Positions 38,778 to 50,309 of a DNA stretch of 64,000 bases are shown one piece after another. Made by a program: the position numbers and the translations under genes. Position 1 is the first letter of the stretch. Each line of letters begins with the position of its first letter. The DNA is taken from positions 31,436,001-31,500,000 of the forward strand of contig CM052817.1 of the NCBI GenBank assembly GCA_028534125.1. The letters run 5' to 3'. This stretch comes from Lama glama. Its lineage: Eukaryota. Below the pieces are notes generated by a model. It ran no database searches. It had not been told where the DNA came from and saw only the letters and a program-made list of their open reading frames with translations.

Positions 38778-40364
38778 AAATTGTATGTCTAGCAAATAAA
38801 TTCATCAGTGGCTGATGGAGAGAAGAGAAAACAGGGGGCTTTGAAAGGTTTACAAAGGTTTACATTTTGACTGGGTCTTTAAGAATCGGTTGGATTTTGA
38901 CTTTCCTAAGACCAGCTGGAGTATCAGAACGAAGGGAAGAAAATTCTAAGTCAAAGAAACCACAAGAGCAAATGTGGAGCCAAGTGATTTAGGGTAAATG
39001 ATTTCTTTACTCTAAGGCAGCCCTCACAGGGAAACCAATCACATCTCACAAACTGACCCTGGTCCCTTGCGCAGGCTCTCCCCACCATGATCAGTACTTC
39101 TCCTGCCACAACCATCTCCTCTGGCCCCACAGCAGCCTGCGAGGCCAGACTTCTGTGACAGCCCTTAAAACAACCAATGACTCTGGCCTGGCAAACACCT
39201 ACAGACATTTTTTGATTAGTAATACCCCTTGGGGCACCTCTTGGCTTTCTTTTGTCAACAGTAAACACTCAGTTTTACTCAGAATAAAATGGAACCAGAG
39301 CTAAGTGCAATTTACAGCAGCAATAAATGGGCGGTGCTTACCGTTGAATCAAATCGTCAGAAGCTGGCAGGGACAGTAAGAGTTCATCAAGTCCCTGCCC
39401 TTCCAGACCAGACAGAAGGACCCCCCAAATACTCCCACTGATAGCTGGCCTCTTATTCAGTCCTTCAGGCCATCTAACCCTTGTCTCTCACTGTTACTTA
39501 TTTTCTATGTAACTGAATCCTTCCAGTTATCATTCACATGCTTTTCTCTAGCTCTGCCCTCAGGAGAAATGAAGAAGAACAGATGCCCACAGAGCTTTTA
39601 ATAAAAAGATCCTCATTAAATCACTGCTTATCTGTGTCCTGTCATTAGGGGAGGTGGGGACATGGGCTGCTGCTTCTCAGCTCTTTCTGCTCTGCTTGGC
39701 CTGTATTTCTGGTAACAGCACCCCCGATGGTATGTGTGTGTGGACCGGGACTCCAAGTTACATTTCAGAAGGGCACATGTGGACTAGCCTGGTTTATTTC
39801 TTACAAATTCTACCAGTGAGTGCTGGGTCCTGTGAGGTGATCTGGCTTAAGCAGATGACATTTAAAAACTGCAATCAAATTTTCCTAATGCCACTTAAAA
39901 ATCAGAAATGCAAAAACATTGTCAGCTGGCCTTATTGCTTTATTCTAAAATGACTGAGCTTTGTTGAAACTTGGTTCTATAGTCATCCAGGATTAAAATT
40001 GGGCAGTATTTTTTCTTCTGAATTTGTAATTATTTGCACGATAAGGCTCTTTGAGTCCTAGAGCTAAATTCAGCATTTCCAAAAATTGTACATGGGCCTC
40101 AACAGTCTTCCAAAGCAACTCCAAAATTAAGTTCATGGAGAACCTAGCATCTTTATCTATTGTTTCTGTATATCTCGTTGGGAGGTTGGCAAAAAGAGGC
40201 CCCATGGTAAGGATGGGGACCTGGTATAAAGAAGTTACCAAAGGTGACCCACCAAGGTTACAGCAAATCTCTAACTAGAACTTGGTCTCCTAGCCTTCAG
40301 ACCTGAGTTGTTTACACTAAACATCATCCTAAAAACAAAACACTTTTCAAACTGATTGCATTTC

Positions 40365-40367
<3 letters not shown>

Positions 40368-40395
<28 letters not shown>
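40368..40395 (+). repeat. (CA)n microsatellite in TXK intron 1
   Basis: Directly visible. Confidence 0.97.
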
Positions 40396-40609
40396 GTAGA
40401 CTTAAGGACACTATTTTGTTTTCCTGTGTTCTCCACCCCAAACATTTAACTAAAATCCCATCACCACGATGGTTATTTAAATAACAAACAAAATTCTTGT
40501 CACAACACCTGGGGAAATTATCTTCCAAATTTCACAATCCCTGGCTTCAAGAATAAGTACCATGCCCAGAGGAAGCCCTGGAGATAAAGGTCAAAGCCAT
40601 CTTACTTAC

Positions 40610-40625
40610 AGGTGGACAGAATCAT
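40610..40625 (-). CDS. TXK: TXK coding exon 1 (start codon)
   Basis: gcagccATG ATT CTG TCC ACC T|gtaagt (MILST); phase matches exon 2 (T+AT = Tyr); resembles the known TXK N-terminus MILSSY. Confidence 0.92.
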
Positions 40626-41000
40626 GGCTGCACTTGTGCGGGGAGCATACAACACAGCCTTCAGGTCTTCAGCGGTGCCCCCATCACAAAAACACATCTT
40701 TTAACTGAAATCATAGCTCGCCCAAGATGTTTCTCACGGGCAGAGTTAACCCCACCTATTTTCCTGTTCTGAAAACCTCAGAGAAGTGTGTGAATGACAG
40801 CCGGGTGGCCTACATGAGAGAAAGCGCAATCACCTACATCTAGATCTCTGCGGGGAGCGCCTGTCACAGCCTCACCCTCGACCGTGTGGGTGATGCCAGC
40901 AAACAGCATTTTCAAGAAATCACAAGGTTTTGGTAAAAGGAACCCTTAAAAGGAGCATGAATTCAAACTGCTCCCTTCGGACAGAGAAGGAAACGGAGGT
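40626..41000 (-). promoter_or_regulatory. TXK: TXK 5' UTR and proximal promoter region
   Basis: Repeat-free sequence directly upstream of the first coding exon; ETS/NFAT-like ACAGGAAAAT on minus near 40759-40768 and a CACCC-type box near 40751. TSS not determinable from sequence alone. Confidence 0.6.
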
Positions 41001-41841
41001 GCAGATAGAACAGGGCACACAGTGTGTTGTAGAAAGAGAATCCGACTCTACGTTCGGAAGTACCAAGTCCAGAACGTTCTGTCCTCCCACTGAGTACTGA
41101 CACCTGAGGCAGCAGATGAGGAAAGTTTATTTTGGGTGGGGAGGGGACGAGGGAGGGAAAACCAGTCCAGCCTCAGGTGACTGGGGCGTGACCGAGAAAT
41201 ACAAAAACAACATCAATAATGTAAACACGCACACAGGAGTTTCACTCCATCCCACTGAAAAATAAAGCCCCAAATTCACAAAAACTGAAAGGGGCAAGTG
41301 TCTGAAGACACAGCAGATTCACACTGCCCTTCCTATTTCCTGCGTTAGAGATTAAGATCTCTTTAAGCATTCAGGGTGGATTCTTCTATTTTTATTTCTC
41401 CTTTTGCCGTAGCTAGGGTTTTATACAAAAACTTTTTTTTTTCAGTTCTAGTGAAATATTTCAAGGTATTTGAAGAAAATGTTCCCAAATGTTGACAAGT
41501 TTCTTATCTAATCTTGTTTTCCTATCAGAAATCTAAGTTGACTGTTGGGGCAAGGGCTGTACTTTCTCCTCTCTTTCCAAAGCCACTCAGCACTGAGACA
41601 CAGCTCCTCAAGGTCAAGGGAAGTGTGGGCTGGGGCTGGGAGGGGTGGCAGGAGTCAAGGTGAGGGAGGAAGAAAGGAGGAAAGTGTGACAGTGACAGCA
41701 GGGTAGAGCTCACGTAGGACCGACTCCCTCAAGGAACTACAAAGCTCGTGAGCGATCCAGTGAAAAGGTGTGTACATTTTCGTGATGAGGATACAGTTAA
41801 ACAGGAAGATGCCGAGGAAGCTGGCAAACATACAAAAATAT

Positions 41842-41847
41842 TTTATT
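41842..41847 (-). terminator. Candidate distal poly(A) signal for TEC
   Basis: First canonical AATAAA I found on minus downstream of the TEC stop, followed by U/GU-rich sequence (ATATTTTTGTATGTTTG). Confidence 0.4.
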
Positions 41848-43419
41848 ATTTTCCATTATATTATTTTCCATTGTAAGGGGGACAGGGAGGAATTGAAGAC
41901 AGCCATCAGGGGATGACCTGACCAGAATGAAAAGATGAATCTCCAGGGTCGTATGAAAGAGCTGCTCAGAAAAGCCAGCCTCAACTTGTGTTCCTTAAAG
42001 GGTCTTGATTTTCCATAAGTACAGCATGCATTATCATTTTTTTTAACCATTTAAGCGTTAATTGAATTAAATGGTTCCAGTCACACTGCTATAGTATTCA
42101 AGCCATTGCAATCACCGAAAGTGGGTAGATGGGTCATTCACCTTGACTCTGGCTGCCCTCTCCTCTAAATCCTCCATACAAAGGAAAACAAGCAGTCACA
42201 CATAGGGGACACACGGCCCTGGTCCACACAGCCTGGCATGGAACAGAGGAAGCCCCTTCCTGGTTAACGAGGCTTGAAGATGGTAGAGGAGGTGGGCCTT
42301 GAATATGCAGCAAAAAAAAAATCAACTGTAGAGGCCTCAGCTCATTCTTGGAAGCAAGAGCCATAATAAACCCTTTGGGATCCTGAGTCCTGCTGTACAG
42401 AGGTGTCTTTGGGTCCTACCTAAGTGGATGGCTTTCAGTGCTTCAAACACAAAACACAGAGCTGCCTTTTGACGTTCCAAGGTCTACAGGGAGTCCTGGG
42501 GGAAGCAGGCAGCTGGGGGCTAGTACCTGCGCTGTTCCGAGGCCGTGGGCCATCTTCCAGCCTGGTACTTGCCTGGGGAGCCTGGCGGGTAAACTCCTGA
42601 ATCCAGCGCTGCCCTCCTGCGAGCTGTTTCCTTGGCAACATCGTGTGGTTCAGCAGCCTCAGTGGTTTCCAGGGAACATTCTGTAGGGTCTTGTTGACCA
42701 AGACAACTCACTGTGGGGCATTAAGCAGCTTCTTCACATAAGAACTACTGACATGAACATGACTTCAGGTATGTTCCCCCGACACGCCACAGCCTGTGGG
42801 AGACCCCAGTCCCCAGAGCAGACAAACTCCTCAAGAAAGGCCCCTGTCTTCCTGGGTTTTCTGTGCCCACAAAACCAGCAACACTGCGTTGGGAGACACA
42901 TGGGCTCTGCTTTGATGATGGAGACTCATGAGTCAACGAAGGCTCTAACCCAGAGGGTGTCCTGATCGGGAACTCTAAGGGTCAGGAACCCACTCAAACG
43001 AACTCAGTCACAGGGTCTACTGTGAGGCTATAACACATCAGCTCTCTGATCCAGGAACCCAAGTCCGACCAGGCCTCTGAGAACCACCCGGCAGACAGCT
43101 CAAAACACCATGCTCTCCGTTTTTCCTGGTTGCTTCCTTGACGTGGCCAGAATTTGGCTTGCTCGTGGGTCTTGCTAGTGGTGGGAGCAGCCTTTGTGGT
43201 GAATATCATCTGATCCCTCTGCTCCCAGAGCCCAGCACACCTCCACTGACAGCATTTCTGGTCCAGGGACAGATTCTTAAGACACAGAAACTGATTAACT
43301 GCCCCTAGTTCAATTCTCCATCCAACTCCAGTTAGCTGTGAATTTCATGGGCAGGATCACTTAGCCCCAACACAAGCCCTGTTGGGGGCTTAAGCTGGAC
43401 AGGTACCCCCAAACATGTC

Positions 43420-43975
43420 TGTGGGAGCCCATGACTGAGTTAACAAATTGTAACAGATCCCAGCCGCTTATCTCCTTAAAGAAGATGTGCTTAGTAACTG
43501 CCTTGAGGTTTTAGCAATGACCCAGGCCCCGGGCTATAAATGCTGGGCGTGCCTGCTGTTAGTCTTCTATCCCCGAAACAGCCTTGGGCTGGAATGGTAA
43601 ACAACTTATAAAAAGCTGCAGACTCAGACGTGAGTAGGCTGGTTAGCCAGTGACGGGTAAGATCCAATGACCAGCAACCTAAGACAGGCACAGCCTGAGT
43701 CCAAGAAAAATCTTGTTAAGCAGCTGATTCTTATATGTTCTGCCCTGATAAGCTGAAAGGCTCAACACGAACATGATTCACCAAAAAGGGTCTTCTGACC
43801 TTGAGCCAAACACCAACAATAAACAAAGCCTTTGTACTCATTGTGATCCCACCCTCGGGGAGTTGGCTCCTGACTCCCTCTCGGTCTCTTGACTTTTCCA
43901 CAGAGTCCTGAGTAATTCATTCCGTCTCGGTGGGACTTCTGCTGGGCAGAACCCACAACTGGTGTCGAACCCACA
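43420..43975 (+). mobile_element. Endogenous retroviral LTR, probably class II (ERVK-like), antisense to TEC/TXK
   Basis: TGTGGG...CCCACA inverted termini, perfect 6-bp TSD CATGTC (43414-43419, 43976-43981), TATAAA at 43535 and 43607, AATAAA at 43818. Confidence 0.85.
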
Positions 43976-44119
43976 CATGTCTACCAAAGTGAGGAAGGGG
44001 CCTAGTGGTAGAAGGGTCCAGGCGTTTTTCTCTCCAGTAGGGAATATCTGATCCTCAGGGAAAGAGGAATTGACAGCTGTAAGGGTCAGTCCCTAGTCCT
44101 AAGAAGGTTGGCTCATTCA

Positions 44120-44751
44120 CTACAGAATTAAATGTTTCCATTAAAAGACAACTCATGTTTCTTATAAATATATAACTTTATATATTATATATATTTACAA
44201 TATATACAGCATACAAATATGTGGTGATGTAATACTAACGCAGTCTTGAAAACAAATGTTTTCGAAACAAAAAGTGGGTACTTATCCCAGGTATGTTTCT
44301 GATCCATCCAGAACCCACATTCGAGACAATACCCCAGCCCAGATTTCTGCAGAAGTCAAAGGGAAGAGGGGGGTGGCTGGAACATGGTTCTGACACCCCT
44401 CCCTCCCAATTACCACTGACTCCAGCTAACATGGCCCCACGTGCACCCCTAAAATGGGCAGACCCTGGGGCCTGGGCACAGCACCTGGCACACAGTGGGC
44501 ACCCCTGTACTTGCAGAAGGAATAAAAGTGTGTGTTTTTAACCACCGCAGCATTTAACCGCTGCAGCATTTCCATAATCCAGAAGATTCAGTCACAGAGC
44601 TAAGGCTGGTCTAGGAGTAAATGGTTTAGGTGTTTCCACTCAATCAGTAAAACCATCTACACAGCCAGTGCTAAATAAATTAAAACTCTGCCACAAAGTG
44701 CCGTTTCTTCCTTGTGATTTGGAGTCTGGAGGCCGCTGGTCACAGTACCAC
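44120..44751 (-). other. TEC: TEC proximal 3' UTR with AU-rich distal block
   Basis: Follows the stop codon; AU-rich block at 44160-44220 with a variant signal TATAAA (minus strand, 44177-44182). 3' end inferred. Confidence 0.6.
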
Positions 44752-44835
44752 TTATCTTCCAAACGTTTCTCCACATTCAACTAGTTCATCAATCGTGCAC
44801 AGCAAATCTTCAAAGGAAGGCCTTCCCTCGGGTTT
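44752..44835 (-). CDS. TEC: TEC last coding exon (kinase C-terminus and stop)
   Basis: tag|AAA CCC GAG...GGA AGA TAA; encodes KPEGRPSFEDLLCTIDELVECGETFGR*. Confidence 0.96.
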   Translation of the reverse strand, partial: KPEGRPSFEDLLCTIDELVECGETFGR

Positions 44836-46006
44836 CTACAATTCAAAAATCAAAGAGAATCTGTGGGTTCCAAAATCCATCCTCCAGAATAATTCCTCAC
44901 TGCTCAAACTCAGACAGCGTAGTGTACTAGCGCAGGGGACTCACTAGTTCGGGACTGGAACCTGCAGGCACCTCCAACAGGTCTCCTCCATCCTGCATGT
45001 GCTGCTGCCCGACTAACCTTCCTGCCACGTGGCTTTTGCATCCCATTCAAGAACCTAACAGAGAACCCTACTGTCTGCAAACTCAAGTCTTGCTAATTTT
45101 CAGTGCCCGCTGTAACCTGCCCCACCCCTATTCCCTTGCTACCTACCCAGTTTTATTTCCCACAAAAACCCCAACATGTGCCCCAGGCTCAATCAGAACA
45201 ACTGCTGCCCAGTGTATACACCCAGTTCATTGCTGTCACCTTCCTTTGCTCGCTGCCCTCTCTCCCACTAGCGCCACTTCCTGGCCAGAAGGCCTCTGCT
45301 CATCCCAGTCAATGCCCTCAGGAGGCATTACAGCAAGTGACCGAGGGTCTGGGCTTTGAGCCGGACAGGGCTCTTCTTCTCTGGAGCTAAGTGGCCTTGA
45401 GCAAGCATCAACCTGGTGTTCTCGTCCACACTGTGGCCACAGTAGAAGTATCCACACCTCAGAGGGTTATTCTGAGAACTCAATCAAATGCACTTAGCAC
45501 AGTGCCCAGCACACAACACCTGTGAGCTAGCATCGCTGTTATCTTTCAAAAGTCATTTTGGTGTCTAACCTCTTCTATGAAGTGATGTTGCAACACGTGG
45601 AGAAGGGAAAATTCCAAAGACTGTGAGTCAAGAGACCTGAGAAAGCTGAGGTTTGGAGAAAGAAACCCTCTCTGGCGAAAATGTGATAATTCCATGATAA
45701 GAAGCCTACTGAAAAAGAGCTACTTCTCTGGGTTTATTCCCCAAGTCCCCGCCTCAGGCACCTGTGGCAGGATTCCCACTTGGGAGTGTGGTGGCAGCCT
45801 GAATTTAGTATCTTAATTATTTTCCACTTCTTCACATCTTCTTCCTGTTATTCAGTCTAAGTTGAGAAAAATCCTTCCAAAGGGTTTGAAATCATAAAAA
45901 ACATGCAGCAATTCACTAGGCTAGAAGGACTACACACTTTTAATCTACCAAGTCCAGATCCCTGGATGTTTTAAAGATGTAAGAAGCACACAAAAAAATG
46001 TTATAC

Positions 46007-46164
46007 CTCCTGCCAACATCTCAGCATGACCTCGTACACGTATCTGGACGCCAACTTCGGCTGGTGGAGTCGGTGGCCGCGAGAAACCATGGTGACCACT
46101 TCATAGTTGGTGTTTTTCTCAAAGGGCATTTTGCCTTCAGTGAATACTTCCCACATTAAAACAC
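46007..46164 (-). CDS. TEC: TEC penultimate exon (kinase)
   Basis: 158 bp, cag|GT GTT TTA ATG...CAG GAG|gtataa; encodes [16 protein letters not shown]...MLRCWQE. Confidence 0.96.
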
Positions 46165-46211
46165 CTGGAAGAGGATGAGGATTACCAAACGATGTATCCA
46201 CTTCCTCTTCA

Positions 46212-46697
<486 letters not shown>

Positions 46698-47756
46698 CTA
46701 AAAAGCAGAGCTGCTCGAAAGGAAGTGGTGCAAAGCGTTTGGAACACACGTGCTTTCACCCACACCCCCCCCCCACGATTCCACAGAACACAACTTAAAA
46801 TTACAGCAAATAAAAAGAGCAAACTGCAAAATGATGTGTGTAAATGGTGGAGTATATTTACACACCTTGACATCCCTCCTCCCTGCACATACACTCAGAA
46901 CAATACTACATATTTTCCTATGGGAGCTTACTTATAACCTCCTGGAAGGACACACACCAGCTGGTAACACTGGCTACCCCTGCGGAGGATCCTTGATCGG
47001 GGTGGTAAACATGGGTCCTGAAGCCCTTTCTGTAATGTATTCAGTATGTATTTACAAGAGGAATGTGTTTATGTATTATATGAATGTAAAGTTAATTTCT
47101 AAAAGCTCCATGAGAAAACATTTAAAGAACTGCACAAACTTCCTTTGCTGCATAGACAAACACGGTGACAACGCAACCATGGGCGGCTGTCCATCAGGGG
47201 AGTCTGGAGTGAGCATCTAATGAGTGTTTTAGAGGGGTTGATGCAAAAGCACAGGTTTTTTGAAAGCCAAACACGTGAAAACCAAACATGATGTTGGAGG
47301 CCTGCCAGTCACATACACAACATCTACGCAGAAAGCCAACAGAGAGCCCTGGGTCGTTACTGCCCTGACAGCCAGCAGACCTGATCCCGTTTCCGACAGC
47401 ACTGGCTTCCTAAGCTCCCTGGGCCCGAGCTCCCAGGAGCTGGGTGGCCTGGCCCCTGCCGGCCTTTGTAACTGCTCCTCACGCTGGTCGTGGGCCAGCC
47501 TCCCCCAGCCCTCCCATCCCACCCTCTGGCCTCTTTTGGTTCTTAAGCAGCTAAGCTTGTCCCAAATTTCAAGCCTTTGGTCTCACTGTTCCTGCCACCT
47601 AGAATGTTTTATCCTCAGATTTTCACCTGACTACTCCCTGCCTTTTGAGTCTCTCTTCAAACATCCCAGTCTCAAAGAGGACTTCAGAGGACCATCGCTC
47701 AGCACCCTGCCCTGCACCATCGCTCAGCACCCACCAACCCCAAGTTATCACTATCA

Positions 47757-48031
47757 CAGGGGGCGGTAAACTTTTTCTGCAAAAGGCCAGATAATGACTC
47801 TTTTTGATTCTGCAGTAGTGTGAACACAGCCAGACAACATATCTGCAAATGAGCTACGTCCTAGTATCACTTCATTTATGGACACTGACATTTGAATTTT
47901 AGGTAATTTTCACATTATAATATTTTAAAGTCTTTTTCCAACCATTAAATAATGTGAACACCATGGCTGGCTCACAGGTCATGCAAACAGAGGTGGTGGG
48001 TTAGATGTGGCCTCTGGTTTGCTGACCTCTG
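47757..48031 (+). mobile_element. MER58-like hAT DNA transposon
   Basis: Termini CAGGGGGCGGTAAACTTTTTCTGCAAAAGGCCAGATA / GTTTGCTGACCTCTG. Confidence 0.82.
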
Positions 48032-48989
48032 CTCTGTCCCCTCACTCTGTGTTTCCCAACTTCAGCAGGTCTCAGGTGTAAGTTTCTCTCTCCTCCTGAA
48101 CATACGCTGCACGTGGGCAAGGACTCGTATGTCTCACCCTCGGCTGGGCTTCAGTCTCTAACGTGGGACCTGGCACACAGCAGGCCCTGAGGTTTTTACA
48201 GATGGACATACAGATGAACGAATGGACAGAAGGAAGGAGGGAAGGAAAGGACAAACAAAATACTTTTTAAAGGTCTGTTCTAACACCCTGTTAAAATTAC
48301 AAAAATTAAGAAAGTTAAAAAACTACCGATTTGGGTATTCTAAAAACTCTACCCCAAGCACATTTCTGTAAAACCAAAAGATTCTAGAAATTTAATCCAT
48401 ACCAGGGAGAAAACAAAGCAGTGTATTTAACAGGCTATACCACCACCTAGTGGAGAGAGTGATTAACAATGATTAACATAATGTATACTTTGTTAATTTA
48501 GTATATTTATCTATCTCAAAACAGCTAACACGATCTCCTTACCGCTTCATCAGCGCAGATTACTTCCATGCTCATCAGTCCTCTAAACTAATGTGAATAT
48601 CACCTAAAGCCACATAATGAAGCATTAAGTAATCACAATTTCTCAAGCTTACCTAAGAAAAAGCCAAAGCTAATAGTAAAAAGACAAATTCAGCATAGAA
48701 ATCTTTCAAAATATGATCTAATTTATTTTCTAACCTTAAATCAAAAACGCTAAGAAGCAGAAATATCAATTAGTTCACCCATGCGAAAATGACAGGTCCT
48801 AGTACTGTTTTGCCAACGGGACAAAAGATGTTTAAAAACAGCTCTTAAATAAGCTTCAGAGGAAGAAGTTGACACAGTCAAACTGCAAAGAAAAAAATCA
48901 GGCTTTCTGTACTTTTAAGGGAAAGGTCACAGCCTTATATTCATTTAACCCAAAATTTGTAGAAAATGTTTATATATAGTCAGCCTTAC

Positions 48990-49054
48990 CTGGCCATTCC
49001 AAAATCAGATACTTTCACAATTCCCGCCTCATTTACTAGACAATTTCTGGCAGC
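48990..49054 (-). CDS. TEC: TEC exon (catalytic loop end and DFG)
   Basis: 65 bp, cag|GCT GCC AGA...GCC AG|gtaagg; encodes [21 protein letters not shown]. Confidence 0.97.
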
Positions 49055-50188
49055 CTGGAAAACAACATTACAACGATATATTTGTTACAAAGCTGCACAA
49101 AGAAAATAGAAAAAATGTAAGTTCAGTTTATATTAAATTTAGTTCAACCCAGTCAACATCTGCAGAGGTGTCTCTTTATAAATTATTTTTACCCCTATGA
49201 AAATGTCTTCAACGTGTATTTGAAAAAATGGGTAGAAAGACAGGTCAAAAGTCATATGTGCAAAAAGGCATTATTACATAATCTTTGCCAACTGTTATAC
49301 GTACATGAGGACTAATTGAAGGGTCAACCAGCTTCTTGCCCCCCCATTTCTATTCTAATAAATTATTTGATTTTCTTATTGATAGTGACAACTTCTCAAA
49401 GTCCTTCATCCAGGTTCTTACCGAGCAAGCTTAGTAACACACAACCATCAAAGTGAAGAGTGAACAATCTTTTACCCAGTGACCTTGCTCGGTGACTGGT
49501 CTTCCCAATCTCAGACAGTCAAAAGAACAGCCATGTGTAACATAGTTTCCTTTGTCATTTGTAATGTTTCCAGTATATTATAACATGATATGCTAAATTG
49601 GTCAAATACAATTCTGGATTATTTCTATTTTCTTGCCCATTCTTTAAGGTTATATATATAAGGGTCAAAAAAATAGTTTGGAACAACACATAGAAGGAAG
49701 ACATGATAATACTTTTAATGACATAACCTATGGACTAAGAATGTATTTTTCTTCCTGATGCTTCAGAATTTTATTCTCTGTATGTGGCAAATTCCATTTA
49801 TATGAGGTTACTTATGGCTGAGTGCATTTTAAGAGTCTTTTCTAAAGTGAGAATTAACACCCATTCCCTGGATTACTTCCATCTTCCTATAAAGACACCC
49901 CATAATGCCTTTACTTGATGGTCACCAGGATTCTTCACCCAGGAGATAGAAGCATCAGAATCTTCCCTTAAGGGATGATGAAAACCTACCATAATGATAT
50001 CAGTATCACAGACACAAACATATCAAAACTGCTTTCACCAAGATGTGGTATGTGCAGACAGGTGCAATCTGTCATAACTATGTAGACAATTTCCATCAGT
50101 TTTAAAACTTTTAAAAGTGCAAAAGGAAGAAAGTGCTTAGTTCACAAGTTTCAACATGGCAAAGAGAGTTACTGTTATAACAATGATT

Positions 50189-50195
<7 letters not shown>

Positions 50196-50249
<54 letters not shown>
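50196..50249 (+). repeat. (TA)n microsatellite
   Basis: Directly visible, one interruption. Confidence 0.96.
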
Positions 50250-50309
50250 GTCACATCTTCTATTTTACAAAGTCCTTTGCCCCAATCATAACATAAATGT
50301 GATCGTTAA

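Larger units (their letters stand above)
1..40712 (-). other. TXK: TXK (RLK) tyrosine kinase gene, 5' part (coding exons 1-8); continues past the left edge
   Basis: Eight exons splice in frame to MILSTYNTIQSIFCCCCCCSVQKR...KPLPPLPP...SH3...SH2, the hallmark TXK N-terminus. The 5' end is approximate. Confidence 0.96.
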
